Part shown: piece by piece, positions 19,315 to 28,263 of the stretch
How the letters are laid out: each line of letters starts with the position of its first letter
Position numbering within the stretch: position 1 is the first letter of the stretch
Assembly (NCBI GenBank): GCA_965204725.1
Contig: OZ242005.1
Span: forward strand, 224,001-288,000
Length of the DNA stretch: 64,000 nucleotides
DNA from: Candidatus Latescibacterota bacterium
GTDB lineage: Bacteria; Latescibacterota; UBA2968; UBA8231
Direction: 5' to 3'
Made by a program: the position numbers and the translations under genes
Notes under the pieces: generated by a model
The model's database searches: none
Told to the model about the DNA's origin: nothing
The model's input: only the letters and a program-made list of their open reading frames with translations

Positions 19315-20676
19315 CTATTGGGTAAACTGGGTCACATTGGCGATGCCGCCCGGCTGGGTCAGGGCATAGACGATTAGGTTGACCCCGAACTGCAATCCGC
19401 GCTCTCGTGCATCGGCCAGCGGATCACCCCAATACCAGCTAATGTTCAGGTCGCTGAAAACCACTGCAACCCGACCGCGCAGTTCCAGCATCTCCAAGTC
19501 GAACACATTGCCACCGGGTGCGCCGCCCATTGGTGGGCCATCGGGAAAATCCCAGAAACTGTAGTACAGCGGGTGACTCTTGGGCACCTTCTGCCACTTA
19601 GAGCCATCGCTACCCAGCACCAGCGGATCTTTCATTAGAGCCTTGAATTGGCGGTCAAACGGCGTACCCGAAACCCCGGCTTCTTTGCCTTCAAGCTGGT
19701 TCTCAGCGTCGCTCTGGCGAATTTCCTCGGCATAGAGAAAACCACCGTTCTTGAGGTATTCACCTAGGTTGGTCTTCTCGGTATCGCTGATTTGCAAGAC
19801 GGCATCGTATCCCGTCACGTAAATCATCGGGGCGTCCATGATGCGCGGGTCCGAAAATTCCAAGGTCGTGCCCTCAATTCGGGCATTGATTTGGGTGTGG
19901 TCGCGCATATAGCGCATCAACTCCTCTACCGCAGTTGGGAACCGATCTCTGTTCTTGTCTGCAATATCGTAGTCGATGACCGTCATGTTAAAGAAGCCGC
20001 GAATGTTGCGTTTGTTGTCTGGGTCCTGAATCAAGATCGCTTGGTAGCGGCCAATGTCCAAGTCGCCGACATTGAGCAATTCGTGCCGCAGACTCAGGGC
20101 CTCTTGCACCGGTGCCGACGTTTCAGCCAGTTCGATCATCGCGACCTCATCAAAGGCCAACTCTTCGGCCTTGGCGCCTGAGAAGGCCCCTAAGACCTGC
20201 GTACCAGGCAAAACCGAACTCAAGAGGTCGCTACCTACCGCGCTAACATCGGCTATGGCCGATATATCCTGCGACAAATCCGGCGGCGCCATCGACTGTA
20301 GCATCTCCATCTGCACTTCGGATATCTCGGGACGCTTGGCTAAGTCGAAGTTCTTTTCGAGAATTGGCGGAGGAGCGCGGAAGATGATTAGCTGCTCCTT
20401 TTGCTCTGCTTCGCCAATGCCAAAGAGATAATCATAAACGAAGACGCCAGCGTGAATGGCTACCGAGAGCACAAAGGCCACGCTCATGCTTAGCCGGCGG
20501 CCAGTGGTTGCCGTATATAGGGCGTATAACAGCACCCCGGCACCCGCCAAACCAGCGGCGATCACCACCCACTTAGACAGGATGAAAAGTATGTGAATAA
20601 GAAGAGCCGCGCCGACCGCTAGATAGGCCGTTTTTTGGCGCTGGGACTGTACTGCTTTTTTATACTCGTCTACCAC
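19315..20676 (-). CDS. Membrane-anchored DUF4159 domain protein with TonB-like N-terminus
   Basis: N-terminal TM helices including SVAIH (SxxxH), then APPP linker; C-terminal PMIYVTG..LGEYLKNGGFL..HPLY..GVNLIVYALT matches DUF4159. Confidence 0.75.
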   Translation of the reverse strand: MVDEYKKAVQSQRQKTAYLAVGAALLIHILFILSKWVVIAAGLAGAGVLLYALYTATTGRRLSMSVAFVLSVAIHAGVFVYDYLFGIGEAEQKEQLIIFRAPPPILEKNFDLAKRPEISEVQMEMLQSMAPPDLSQDISAIADVSAVGSDLLSSVLPGTQVLGAFSGAKAEELAFDEVAMIELAETSAPVQEALSLRHELLNVGDLDIGRYQAILIQDPDNKRNIRGFFNMTVIDYDIADKNRDRFPTAVEELMRYMRDHTQINARIEGTTLEFSDPRIMDAPMIYVTGYDAVLQISDTEKTNLGEYLKNGGFLYAEEIRQSDAENQLEGKEAGVSGTPFDRQFKALMKDPLVLGSDGSKWQKVPKSHPLYYSFWDFPDGPPMGGAPGGNVFDLEMLELRGRVAVVFSDLNISWYWGDPLADARERGLQFGVNLIVYALTQPGGIANVTQFTQ

Positions 20677-20713
20677 AGTTCTTCCCCCTCTTGGAAGGGC
20701 CTAGAAACCTCAT

Positions 20714-21121
20714 TCAGTTGCGCTGCGGTTCCGTGGCGATGACCTGATCAACAACGCCCACTTGGCGAGCAATATCCATGATCTGGACGATCTGCCCGTG
20801 CGTGGAACGCTCGTCTCCTTGGATGATAATCATCGTGGTGTTGTCCAGTAGCTGCCTCTTCGCCTGCAGTTCCTCTTTGAGGGTCGCAAAGGTCACCGAT
20901 TTGTGGTTCAGCTTCATGTTTCCGTCCTGATCCACGACGATAAAAAGGTTCTCCTTCTCCGGAGCCTGAGCCTCTTCGGCCTCGGGCAATTTAATATCCA
21001 AACCCGGAGTAATCGCGAACACAGCAGTCACCATGAAGAAGATGAGTAGCTGAAAGACCACGTCGATCATCGGCGTCAGGTCGGGCATGGTCAGTTCTTT
21101 TTTTTCTGCTCTCTGAGCCAT
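20714..21121 (-). CDS. exbD: Biopolymer transport protein ExbD/TolR
   Basis: DLTPMIDVVFQLLIFFMV with the conserved TM Asp; IQGDE..HGQIVQIMD. Confidence 0.92.
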   Translation of the reverse strand: MAQRAEKKELTMPDLTPMIDVVFQLLIFFMVTAVFAITPGLDIKLPEAEEAQAPEKENLFIVVDQDGNMKLNHKSVTFATLKEELQAKRQLLDNTTMIIIQGDERSTHGQIVQIMDIARQVGVVDQVIATEPQRN

Positions 21122-21155
21122 CTATCTCATGCCTCCTTAAAAGGAAGAGCTGCCT

Positions 21156-21809
21156 TTAGGCAGCCTGAGTGCCTTGCCAGCGACGCAGCAGGGCGTCCAC
21201 AAAACCGTGGCCGTATGCTTCAAACTCAACGGCCTTGCCTGTGGCGCGGTTGCTAAAGTACGTGAAGATAGCAATTGAAGGCACGGCGATCACCAGACCG
21301 GTAACTGTGGTGATCAGTGCTTCGGAGATACCTGCGGCGACGATCGTCGGCTCACCGAGACCCTTTTCCGCAATACCTTCAAAAGCGTTGATCATACCGT
21401 TGACCGTACCCAGCAGGCCGAGCAACACCACGGATTTGGAGACGAAGTCGATAACGGCCAGATACCGTTCGAGATACCCCAAGGCGGCGCGTTCAACCGT
21501 GCCGTTCATTTCCTCGCGCATCTCCTCCATCGTGCGCTGCTCGCGCGACAAATGCTCAAAGCGCTCGAGCCCCTCGCCGTACACCTCGCCTTCCAGCTTG
21601 CCGACCTCGGTGCAGTACTCCTTGAGTTGGTCAATGGAAGCACCCGAGTCTATACGTGCGTTGACGTCGTTGGTGATTTCGGCCAACTCGTCCTCGGAGC
21701 GCAACCGTGCATAAGTCCAGATGCGCTCGAGAAAAAACGCAATGGAAAGCATAGACCAGAGCCCCAAAGGATACATGAAAGGTCCGCCTTCTCGAAAAAG
21801 TTCAATCAT
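21156..21809 (-). CDS. exbB: MotA/TolQ/ExbB proton channel protein
   Basis: GGPFMYPL; LGLLGTVNGMI.AF; GISEALITT.TGLVIA. Confidence 0.92.
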   Translation of the reverse strand: MIELFREGGPFMYPLGLWSMLSIAFFLERIWTYARLRSEDELAEITNDVNARIDSGASIDQLKEYCTEVGKLEGEVYGEGLERFEHLSREQRTMEEMREEMNGTVERAALGYLERYLAVIDFVSKSVVLLGLLGTVNGMINAFEGIAEKGLGEPTIVAAGISEALITTVTGLVIAVPSIAIFTYFSNRATGKAVEFEAYGHGFVDALLRRWQGTQAA

Positions 21810-21851
21810 TTTCTTTATTCCTCCTTAAGTTAGGACGCAAAGAAATCAACG

Positions 21852-24800
21852 TTATAGGACGCGAGCTTCCTCCATTACTTCTAGCTGCTCTCTGGCATAA
21901 TCCACCTGCGTCCTGTACTTGGGATTGTCGCCATAGTTGTCGACGACCTCCTGAAAGACAGCACCGGCTTGGCGGAATTCCTCTTGGGCCATATAGGCAG
22001 CACCGATGTTGACCAGCGAGTTGACAGCTTGGTCGCTCTTGGGGTACTTCTGCTGCACCTCCTTGAAGATCGCCATTGCCTCGTCGTAATTCTTCTCAGC
22101 TAAGAGCTGCTCGCCCGTTGCATAAAGATTGTAGGCATCGATCTCAGCCAAATGCCCGAGCAGGGTTCTCGCCTTTTTCGGCAGTACTCGATCTTGGGCA
22201 ATCAGCTTATCAGCGGGGAAACGCTCCAAGAAAGCTTGGTAGTTCTCGGTGGCCTTCTCATAATCCTTGAGGCCGTAATAGTAATCTCCGAGCGTAAATT
22301 GGCTGCGCGCCCCATACGTACCATCGGAATACTCAGCAACGATTCGCTCGAAAACCGGCACCGCCTCTTCCTTCCGGTCGAGGTTGATCAGGCACCAAGC
22401 CTTGTTGTAAAGCGCATCGTCCACATGACTCGACCTAGAATAGCGCTTAATAATGCGGTCGTAGAAGACCATGGCGTCTAGGAAGTTCTGGTTTTTGTTC
22501 TCCGCCCCGCTCCTGTTGGTCATGTTAAACAGGGCATCCCCAGCGCGAAAAAGCGCCTCAGATGCATAGCGAGACTGAGGATACTTATCTGCTAGGCTAG
22601 CAAAAATATCGCTAGCAGCGCGCCATTTACCCATCCGATAATGCGCCCAAGCATCGTAGTAATAGGCATGCACAGCGCGGTCGTCTTCGGGATATTGAGT
22701 GTAATAGGCATTGAACGCCTTTGACATCGCTGGTAGCACTTCGACATTGCCGTTAGCCGATAGCCTGTTATAAGCTACGCCTATCTGGAACTGGGCATTT
22801 CTAGCCCAAGCAATCTGCGGGTAATTTTCGATAATGGTGTTATAAGTGGCAATCGCTTGGACGAATTGCGCCGACCGGTAGAAGCAGTTGCCTTGGACGA
22901 AGAGTGCGTTGGCAATGCTCTCGGCATTGATAGCCAGGTCGATTAGCTCCTGAGCCGCATCAATACTCTGTTGAAACTTATCCAATTTGAAGTAGGCATT
23001 GGCCAAGCGAATGAGTAAACGCTCCCGGTCTTCGCTAGAAGTAGTAGTAGCCAACATCTCCTCGTAGATATGTACGGCTTCCTCTGGATTGCCTTTCTTT
23101 TCGGCCATTGAGATTAGCTGCAACCGCGCCGAACGCACCAAGCTCTCGTCCCCTGAAGCAATGACTTCGTTTAGCAGCTTCTCTGCCTCTTCGTCGTTGC
23201 CTTCCGCAGAGTACGAGAGTGCCATTGAGAAAGTGACCTTTAGCTGCATAGCCTTGGGGATCTTGGTGTCCAATAGCCACTTGTAATCGACCAGCGCACG
23301 GTCGTAACGGCCCGAATAGTGATAGGCCAATGCACGACCATAGCGGGTATCGCGAATGACATCGCTCTCTGGGTACTCTTCAAGCACCAAGCTGTAGCGC
23401 TCGACTGCGTCGACGTAGTTTTTATTGTTAAGGTCGAGTTGGGCCATCTGAAAATGGGCCCTAGCCTCCAAGTCGCGGTCGCCGGTTACACCTTCCAGCA
23501 ATTGATTGAGCAACGCACGCCCCTCGGCAATGCGATCTTGAGAAATATAGATATTAGCCGCCTCAATCAGCGCGGCAATGTACGTCTCGCGGGCATCGCG
23601 ATCCACTTGAGAAAAAGCAGCAATGGCCTCGTCTTTCCGCTCCTCGTCTCGGTAGAGAATACCAAGTCCATAGTACGCATCAGCCGTATGCCGCGTATCC
23701 TGATAGCTCTCCGTTATGGCCTTGTAGGCTTCAATGGCCTCCTCGACTTTCTGCTGCTCGTAACTGAGCCGAGCGATGCGCAACAAGCACAACGGAGCTT
23801 GATCTGAGCGGGGGAAGTTCTCCACTGCCTGCGTGTAGCTTGCGATAGCCTGATCTACCCCGCCGAATTTCTCGGCAGACCAACCTGCGCTGTAGAGTGC
23901 TGCGGAGCGCAAACCCGTATCGCTATCCGGGTAATCCTCTAGTAGCTGGAGGTAGTCTTCGCGGGCAGCGGCGTAGTCTCCGGCGAAGTATTTAGCTTCG
24001 CCTTTCTGATACTGAGCGTTGGGTGGATAAGGCGTATCCCCGTAGAGTTCGATCACTTGGTTGTAAGCGGTCCATGCCTCGTCGAACTTATTCCACTCCA
24101 TGTAGTTGTCGCCGATTCTCATCTGCACCTTGGCCTTATAAAAGCGCTCCTCGGCGGTTTCTTGAGCAGCGATCAACTCTTGATAGGCTTCCTCAAACTG
24201 GTCTGTTTTACGGAAAATCTCAGCAACGCGCAACGAGGAGGTTTCAAAGAGCTGTCGATAGTTTTCAAAATCGACATTCTTACCCTCGCGGAACGAGCCG
24301 CGCAAAAGTTCAAACATCCGGTCGTAGAGGTTGCGCACATCGCGGTAGGCTTTAATCGCCTCCACATCGCGCCCCATCTGATCATAGGCGTTAGCCTTCA
24401 GATAGAGGGCTTGGGCAATGACTGGACTATCGGGATATTTGTCGAGGACTATCTGGGCCATATCAACGGCTTGGGCGTAATCGCCCTTCTCATAAAGCGC
24501 ACTGGCGATGCGGAACTGAGAATCCGGCGCATAGCGATCTTGCGGATAAGCCGCCAACATGCCGTTGAGCGTTTCAATGGACTGGTCGTATTCTTTTGTA
24601 TTAAACTCGCTCCAGCCCGCATAAAAATACGCCTTGCCGGCTTCCTGCGTCTCGGGGAACAACTCAACATAGCGCTTGTATTCCTTCGCTGCCTCGCCGT
24701 ACTCTTTGGCGAGGAAGCGGGTTTCGGCGACTTGGAACTGCACTAAAGACTTGAAATCCTCGGCTACACTCCCTACATCAATAACTTGGCGGTAGGCCTC

Positions 24801-25097
24801 CACCGCTTTTTCGTGTTGTCCGCTCTTTTTGTAGGCGTTGCCTAGCTGATACCAAGCCGCCGCGACTACGGGCAATTCCAAGTTGTTGCCAAACATCACC
24901 CGTACACTATCGGTGCGCACGGCCCTGCTATCGAACTTGACGATCTTTGAATACTCGATGATCGCCCCTTCAAACTCGCCAAGGGCATAGAGAGATTGTC
25001 CGGCGTCAAAACTGGTCTTCAGATTTTGCGGCACCGGCAGAAAAAGGCTAGCTCCTAGCCCCAATCCCAGCGCGATAAGTCCAGCCCAGACCGTCAT
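21852..25097 (-). CDS. Large TPR-repeat protein (BamD/CpoB-like repeats), N-terminally anchored
   Basis: Many A.F..G..Y...YP.S repeats over about 1000 aa; hydrophobic N-terminus; RBS AGGAG. Confidence 0.9.
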   Translation of the reverse strand: MTVWAGLIALGLGLGASLFLPVPQNLKTSFDAGQSLYALGEFEGAIIEYSKIVKFDSRAVRTDSVRVMFGNNLELPVVAAAWYQLGNAYKKSGQHEKAVEAYRQVIDVGSVAEDFKSLVQFQVAETRFLAKEYGEAAKEYKRYVELFPETQEAGKAYFYAGWSEFNTKEYDQSIETLNGMLAAYPQDRYAPDSQFRIASALYEKGDYAQAVDMAQIVLDKYPDSPVIAQALYLKANAYDQMGRDVEAIKAYRDVRNLYDRMFELLRGSFREGKNVDFENYRQLFETSSLRVAEIFRKTDQFEEAYQELIAAQETAEERFYKAKVQMRIGDNYMEWNKFDEAWTAYNQVIELYGDTPYPPNAQYQKGEAKYFAGDYAAAREDYLQLLEDYPDSDTGLRSAALYSAGWSAEKFGGVDQAIASYTQAVENFPRSDQAPLCLLRIARLSYEQQKVEEAIEAYKAITESYQDTRHTADAYYGLGILYRDEERKDEAIAAFSQVDRDARETYIAALIEAANIYISQDRIAEGRALLNQLLEGVTGDRDLEARAHFQMAQLDLNNKNYVDAVERYSLVLEEYPESDVIRDTRYGRALAYHYSGRYDRALVDYKWLLDTKIPKAMQLKVTFSMALSYSAEGNDEEAEKLLNEVIASGDESLVRSARLQLISMAEKKGNPEEAVHIYEEMLATTTSSEDRERLLIRLANAYFKLDKFQQSIDAAQELIDLAINAESIANALFVQGNCFYRSAQFVQAIATYNTIIENYPQIAWARNAQFQIGVAYNRLSANGNVEVLPAMSKAFNAYYTQYPEDDRAVHAYYYDAWAHYRMGKWRAASDIFASLADKYPQSRYASEALFRAGDALFNMTNRSGAENKNQNFLDAMVFYDRIIKRYSRSSHVDDALYNKAWCLINLDRKEEAVPVFERIVAEYSDGTYGARSQFTLGDYYYGLKDYEKATENYQAFLERFPADKLIAQDRVLPKKARTLLGHLAEIDAYNLYATGEQLLAEKNYDEAMAIFKEVQQKYPKSDQAVNSLVNIGAAYMAQEEFRQAGAVFQEVVDNYGDNPKYRTQVDYAREQLEVMEEARVL

Positions 25098-25152
25098 TTG
25101 TGCATCTCCTTGCTAGGTTCCTAATTTGGAGTTCATCGGGGGCTTTTTGGGT

Positions 25153-26106
25153 TTAGAATTCGTAGGCAAAGGAGAATCGGTGCGCTCCATTGGTCTCGGT
25201 CAGTTCCAAGCCGATGTCATAGGCATAATCGAACACCAACTGGTTCCACTGATACCCCAACCCCGCATTCAAACCCCCACCCGCATCCTCCGACAACATA
25301 CGACGACCACCCGCCCGCAACGCCAACCCCTCCAACAACTGCGTCTCCCCCCCAACCACCAACCCATTCTCCGCGCTATCCCCCCCCGTCACATCGCGAC
25401 GCACATACTGAACCGATACCAACGACTGGCTGCTCAGACGATAGCCCACCCCCACATGCATGTCCATCGGCAACCCACCCGCATCCGAGTCGACGACGCC
25501 CGCAGCATCCTTCACCTCGCCCCACTTCACATTCGGCTGATTGATATTCTTCAACAACACCCCCACCTGCGCCCCAGCCACCGGACTCTGCCACAACAAA
25601 CCCAAATCCAACCCCACATTGCCCGCGCTCTGGTTTGAAACCGGATCGGGCCGACCATTATCGGGCGGGATCGCACCCACACTCCAAAACAAATACTTCG
25701 CCGACACCCCCACCTGCAGCCGACGCTGCACCTGATACGACAGCGACACAAACGCCCCATTCTCGCTCATCAGCGACGAGCCAATCCGCTCATAGCCCAA
25801 CCCCAACCCCAGCTTGTCGCCCAGCGGCTGGGCATAGGAAACCACGTGCTGCCCCAGATCGTCCCCGTCAATGCCCACCAGCAAAAGCGACACATTCGTA
25901 TAGGAAACCTGACGGTTAGACACTTGGCCTAACCCGGCCGGATTGGCAAACACTGCATCCGCATTGTCCGCCACCGCCACAAAGCTGTTGCCCAACCCTT
26001 GGGCACGAGCTCCCGAACCGACATTCTGAATGTTTACAACCCCCTCGCTTGATTGGGCGACTAACAGCGAGCCGACTAAAACACTAAGCATTTTCAGAGA
26101 TTTCAT
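25153..26106 (-). CDS. PorV/PorQ-family (FadL-like) outer-membrane beta-barrel
   Basis: Signal peptide; GARAQGLGNSFVAVADNADAVFANPAGL motif; amphipathic strands; C-terminal FSFAYEF beta-signal. Confidence 0.8.
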   Translation of the reverse strand: MKSLKMLSVLVGSLLVAQSSEGVVNIQNVGSGARAQGLGNSFVAVADNADAVFANPAGLGQVSNRQVSYTNVSLLLVGIDGDDLGQHVVSYAQPLGDKLGLGLGYERIGSSLMSENGAFVSLSYQVQRRLQVGVSAKYLFWSVGAIPPDNGRPDPVSNQSAGNVGLDLGLLWQSPVAGAQVGVLLKNINQPNVKWGEVKDAAGVVDSDAGGLPMDMHVGVGYRLSSQSLVSVQYVRRDVTGGDSAENGLVVGGETQLLEGLALRAGGRRMLSEDAGGGLNAGLGYQWNQLVFDYAYDIGLELTETNGAHRFSFAYEF

Positions 26107-26141
26107 AATGCCAACTCCTCCTTGGTGATCTCGCTTAAAGG

Positions 26142-26885
26142 CTAGTTTGCCTTAGCAACTCTAGGAACGACTGTGCCGTCCTCGTAAATCTTGCCGATAT
26201 CTCGGACGAATTTATAGGAAATATTGGTGGTCTCCACCGGCTCGTTGCGAAAGTCAAATCGCAGGATTACATCAAGCACTTGGACTTCGATATCACTCAC
26301 GTCGGGGTGGAGCACGGGGAAAACAACGAAGCCCTCCGTCTCTTGACCGCTGAAGATCTCCTCGTCTTTGAGCATCGTCCGCCGCAACAAGTCGCGGCGT
26401 TCTTGGTAGCGGGCATATTCATTGCCTCTATAACCTATGGCATAGGCACGATAATACGTGTCGAGCTGCTCAAAGTTGAGGCTCCAATACTCGCGATTAT
26501 TGCTCGCTTTGACGACGATTTTGCTCGGATCAATTCTGACTTTGGGGTAAGCGTAATTCTTAACGCTGAGACGGAAGACGGTGAAGCGCTGTTTTTCTTT
26601 ATCCGTCCCCCAAAATACCGTGTTGCCAAAGGTATAGGGGTTTGTGGACTTAGGACCTGCTTGGGAATTATTGAAAAACTGGCGATTCAACTCTTCGTCG
26701 GTCATCGGCTTGAGTCGCACTTCAAAACGATCTTGGGCAAAGGTCAAGGTCCCGTCATCTGCCACGCTGATCAACGAGGCCTGATCTTGGCCGGGCTGCA
26801 ATGGTCCCGTGTAATAGCTATATCCACAGCCTAGCACACCCGAGCCGATTATTAAAGCCAAGAATAATACTCGTGTGGAACTCAT
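26142..26885 (-). CDS. Uncharacterised lipoprotein (247 aa), paralog of 43333..44091
   Basis: Start MSSTRV overlaps the upstream stop (TGATG); lipobox VLGC; PMTDEELNRQF, NPYTFGN and QRFTVFRL motifs. Confidence 0.8.
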   Translation of the reverse strand: MSSTRVLFLALIIGSGVLGCGYSYYTGPLQPGQDQASLISVADDGTLTFAQDRFEVRLKPMTDEELNRQFFNNSQAGPKSTNPYTFGNTVFWGTDKEKQRFTVFRLSVKNYAYPKVRIDPSKIVVKASNNREYWSLNFEQLDTYYRAYAIGYRGNEYARYQERRDLLRRTMLKDEEIFSGQETEGFVVFPVLHPDVSDIEVQVLDVILRFDFRNEPVETTNISYKFVRDIGKIYEDGTVVPRVAKAN

Positions 26886-27817
26886 CACTCCGAAACTCCT
26901 TGATGGTCCTGCTCTGTGTACAAAGAGGCTTTCAAACGCCCCCAAGACCTCGGCTCTACTGCCGTAAAAGTACCCTCTAGCGGCATCAGGATCAAGTCGG
27001 TAAAGCGATCGGAAAAGCGATAAGAGTTGTGTTGGCCCGAAAGCGACCACTTAGCATCAAAAAGCTCTGAATGCACATCAAAGTCGTTAAACTCTACGTT
27101 AAAACCAAGGATTTCATTTTCCTGCAAGATATGCTCTTCGCTTTGAAAGACCGCATTGATATCGACGCGATCAAATGGCACGAGCATGACTTCATAACTC
27201 GTCACTCCCTCTCCTCCCAAGACACCTATAAACTCGACCGCCGCTCCGGTATAGGGACCATCGGGTAGCGCGTACCAAGCGGCGGCGGAAAAATTGACGA
27301 AAAAATCCTCGTCGGGCGGCGGGCCAGCTAAAACGAAATGGTTGGCCTTAGCCCCGTTGCGCCGCCGCTGCTCTTCGTGGCTCAACTCGGTGAAATTTGC
27401 GAATTGTTCACCTGAGTGATCCGCGTCGATAAATAATTCCATCGCGTCGTCTTGGAAAAGCACCGTAGCACTACCGGCGGGACGATCGATTTGGTGTATA
27501 TCATCGCGAACCTGAGCGGCTATGTAGAGCCTGTTCTCCGCTTTATTCCACCCTACCATGAGACGAGCAGCAAAATCATCCGAATCACTCGCCTCAACTT
27601 CTGGACTAATTAGATCGTGAAATTGATCCGTTAATACGACGTAGGAGTCATCTACAACCTCCCAATCTCTCAAATCTCCGTCAATAGCGGGGACCAAGTG
27701 ATCGGGAAATTGAAAAGCTCTGTAGGCCACTCCTTCGGGGTAATGCCCCAGAGCCGGCTTAGCTGATCCTACTGTTATCCATAGCACCAACCCTAAAAAA
27801 ACAAATACGACCAGCAC
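26885..27817 (-). CDS. Secreted CBM9/DOMON-like protein with WGRLK tail (310 aa)
   Basis: IDGDLRDW, RLYIAAQVRDD, DAMELFIDADHSG and LGFNVEFNDFD; tail TAVEPRSWGRLKAS. Confidence 0.8.
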   Translation of the reverse strand: MLVVFVFLGLVLWITVGSAKPALGHYPEGVAYRAFQFPDHLVPAIDGDLRDWEVVDDSYVVLTDQFHDLISPEVEASDSDDFAARLMVGWNKAENRLYIAAQVRDDIHQIDRPAGSATVLFQDDAMELFIDADHSGEQFANFTELSHEEQRRRNGAKANHFVLAGPPPDEDFFVNFSAAAWYALPDGPYTGAAVEFIGVLGGEGVTSYEVMLVPFDRVDINAVFQSEEHILQENEILGFNVEFNDFDVHSELFDAKWSLSGQHNSYRFSDRFTDLILMPLEGTFTAVEPRSWGRLKASLYTEQDHQGVSE

Positions 27818-27872
27818 CTCAGCCGACCCCTTCTCATTCGTTTTTGACGGCTTTCAATTATTATCGGGTTGT

Positions 27873-27901
27873 ATGATAATCAATGGCCTAAGACGTGTCA
27901 A
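27873..27901 (-). promoter_or_regulatory. sigma70 promoter for the CBM9-lipoprotein-PorV-TPR-exbBD operon
   Basis: Minus strand TTGACA-N17-TATCAT. Confidence 0.75.
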
Positions 27902-28095
27902 GATATATTAGAGATAGCCGTGGAAACAACGGGCCTATAACGAGTAAAATCAATGAATAACAATAAGTTAGGTCTATTCAACCCCCGTGTAAGTCGCTGC
28001 AAGTCCCTTCATCCGCGCCCCGAATTCACTGATTATCTGAGCGATTGACCACAAAGGCCCTCTTTTTTAATGATCATCAGCCCGATCTGATTATC

Positions 28096-28124
28096 TTGAG
28101 ATGTTCACCAATATACTATATAAT
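28096..28124 (+). promoter_or_regulatory. sigma70 promoter for the operon starting at 28264
   Basis: TTGAGA-N17-TATAAT in an AT-rich divergent intergenic region. Confidence 0.75.
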
Positions 28125-28263
28125 AGAATAGCAAAACGTCTATACGTGAATACGTGATTAACCCGGCCGGTGCGGACTGAGTTGGAGTGCGCAACCCCGT
28201 CGGCGGCATTGGTCTCCTCGTCGTAGGTGGCCAAGGGCTCACATTCTTGCGCGGAGGTGTTCG

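Noticed and set aside
20714-21809. Flagellar motAB, given the FlgD-like and FlgT-like domains nearby
   Set aside because: The partner is ExbD-type with no OmpA-like domain, no flagellar genes are present, and the FlgD-Ig domains are C-terminal appendages on secreted proteins.
25126-25638. Pro/His/Gln-rich plus-strand ORF
   Set aside because: Antisense product of the skewed PorV-like gene.
28125-28263. Possible riboswitch in the leader of the 884-aa gene
   Set aside because: No recognisable aptamer consensus by eye; an Rfam search would be needed.
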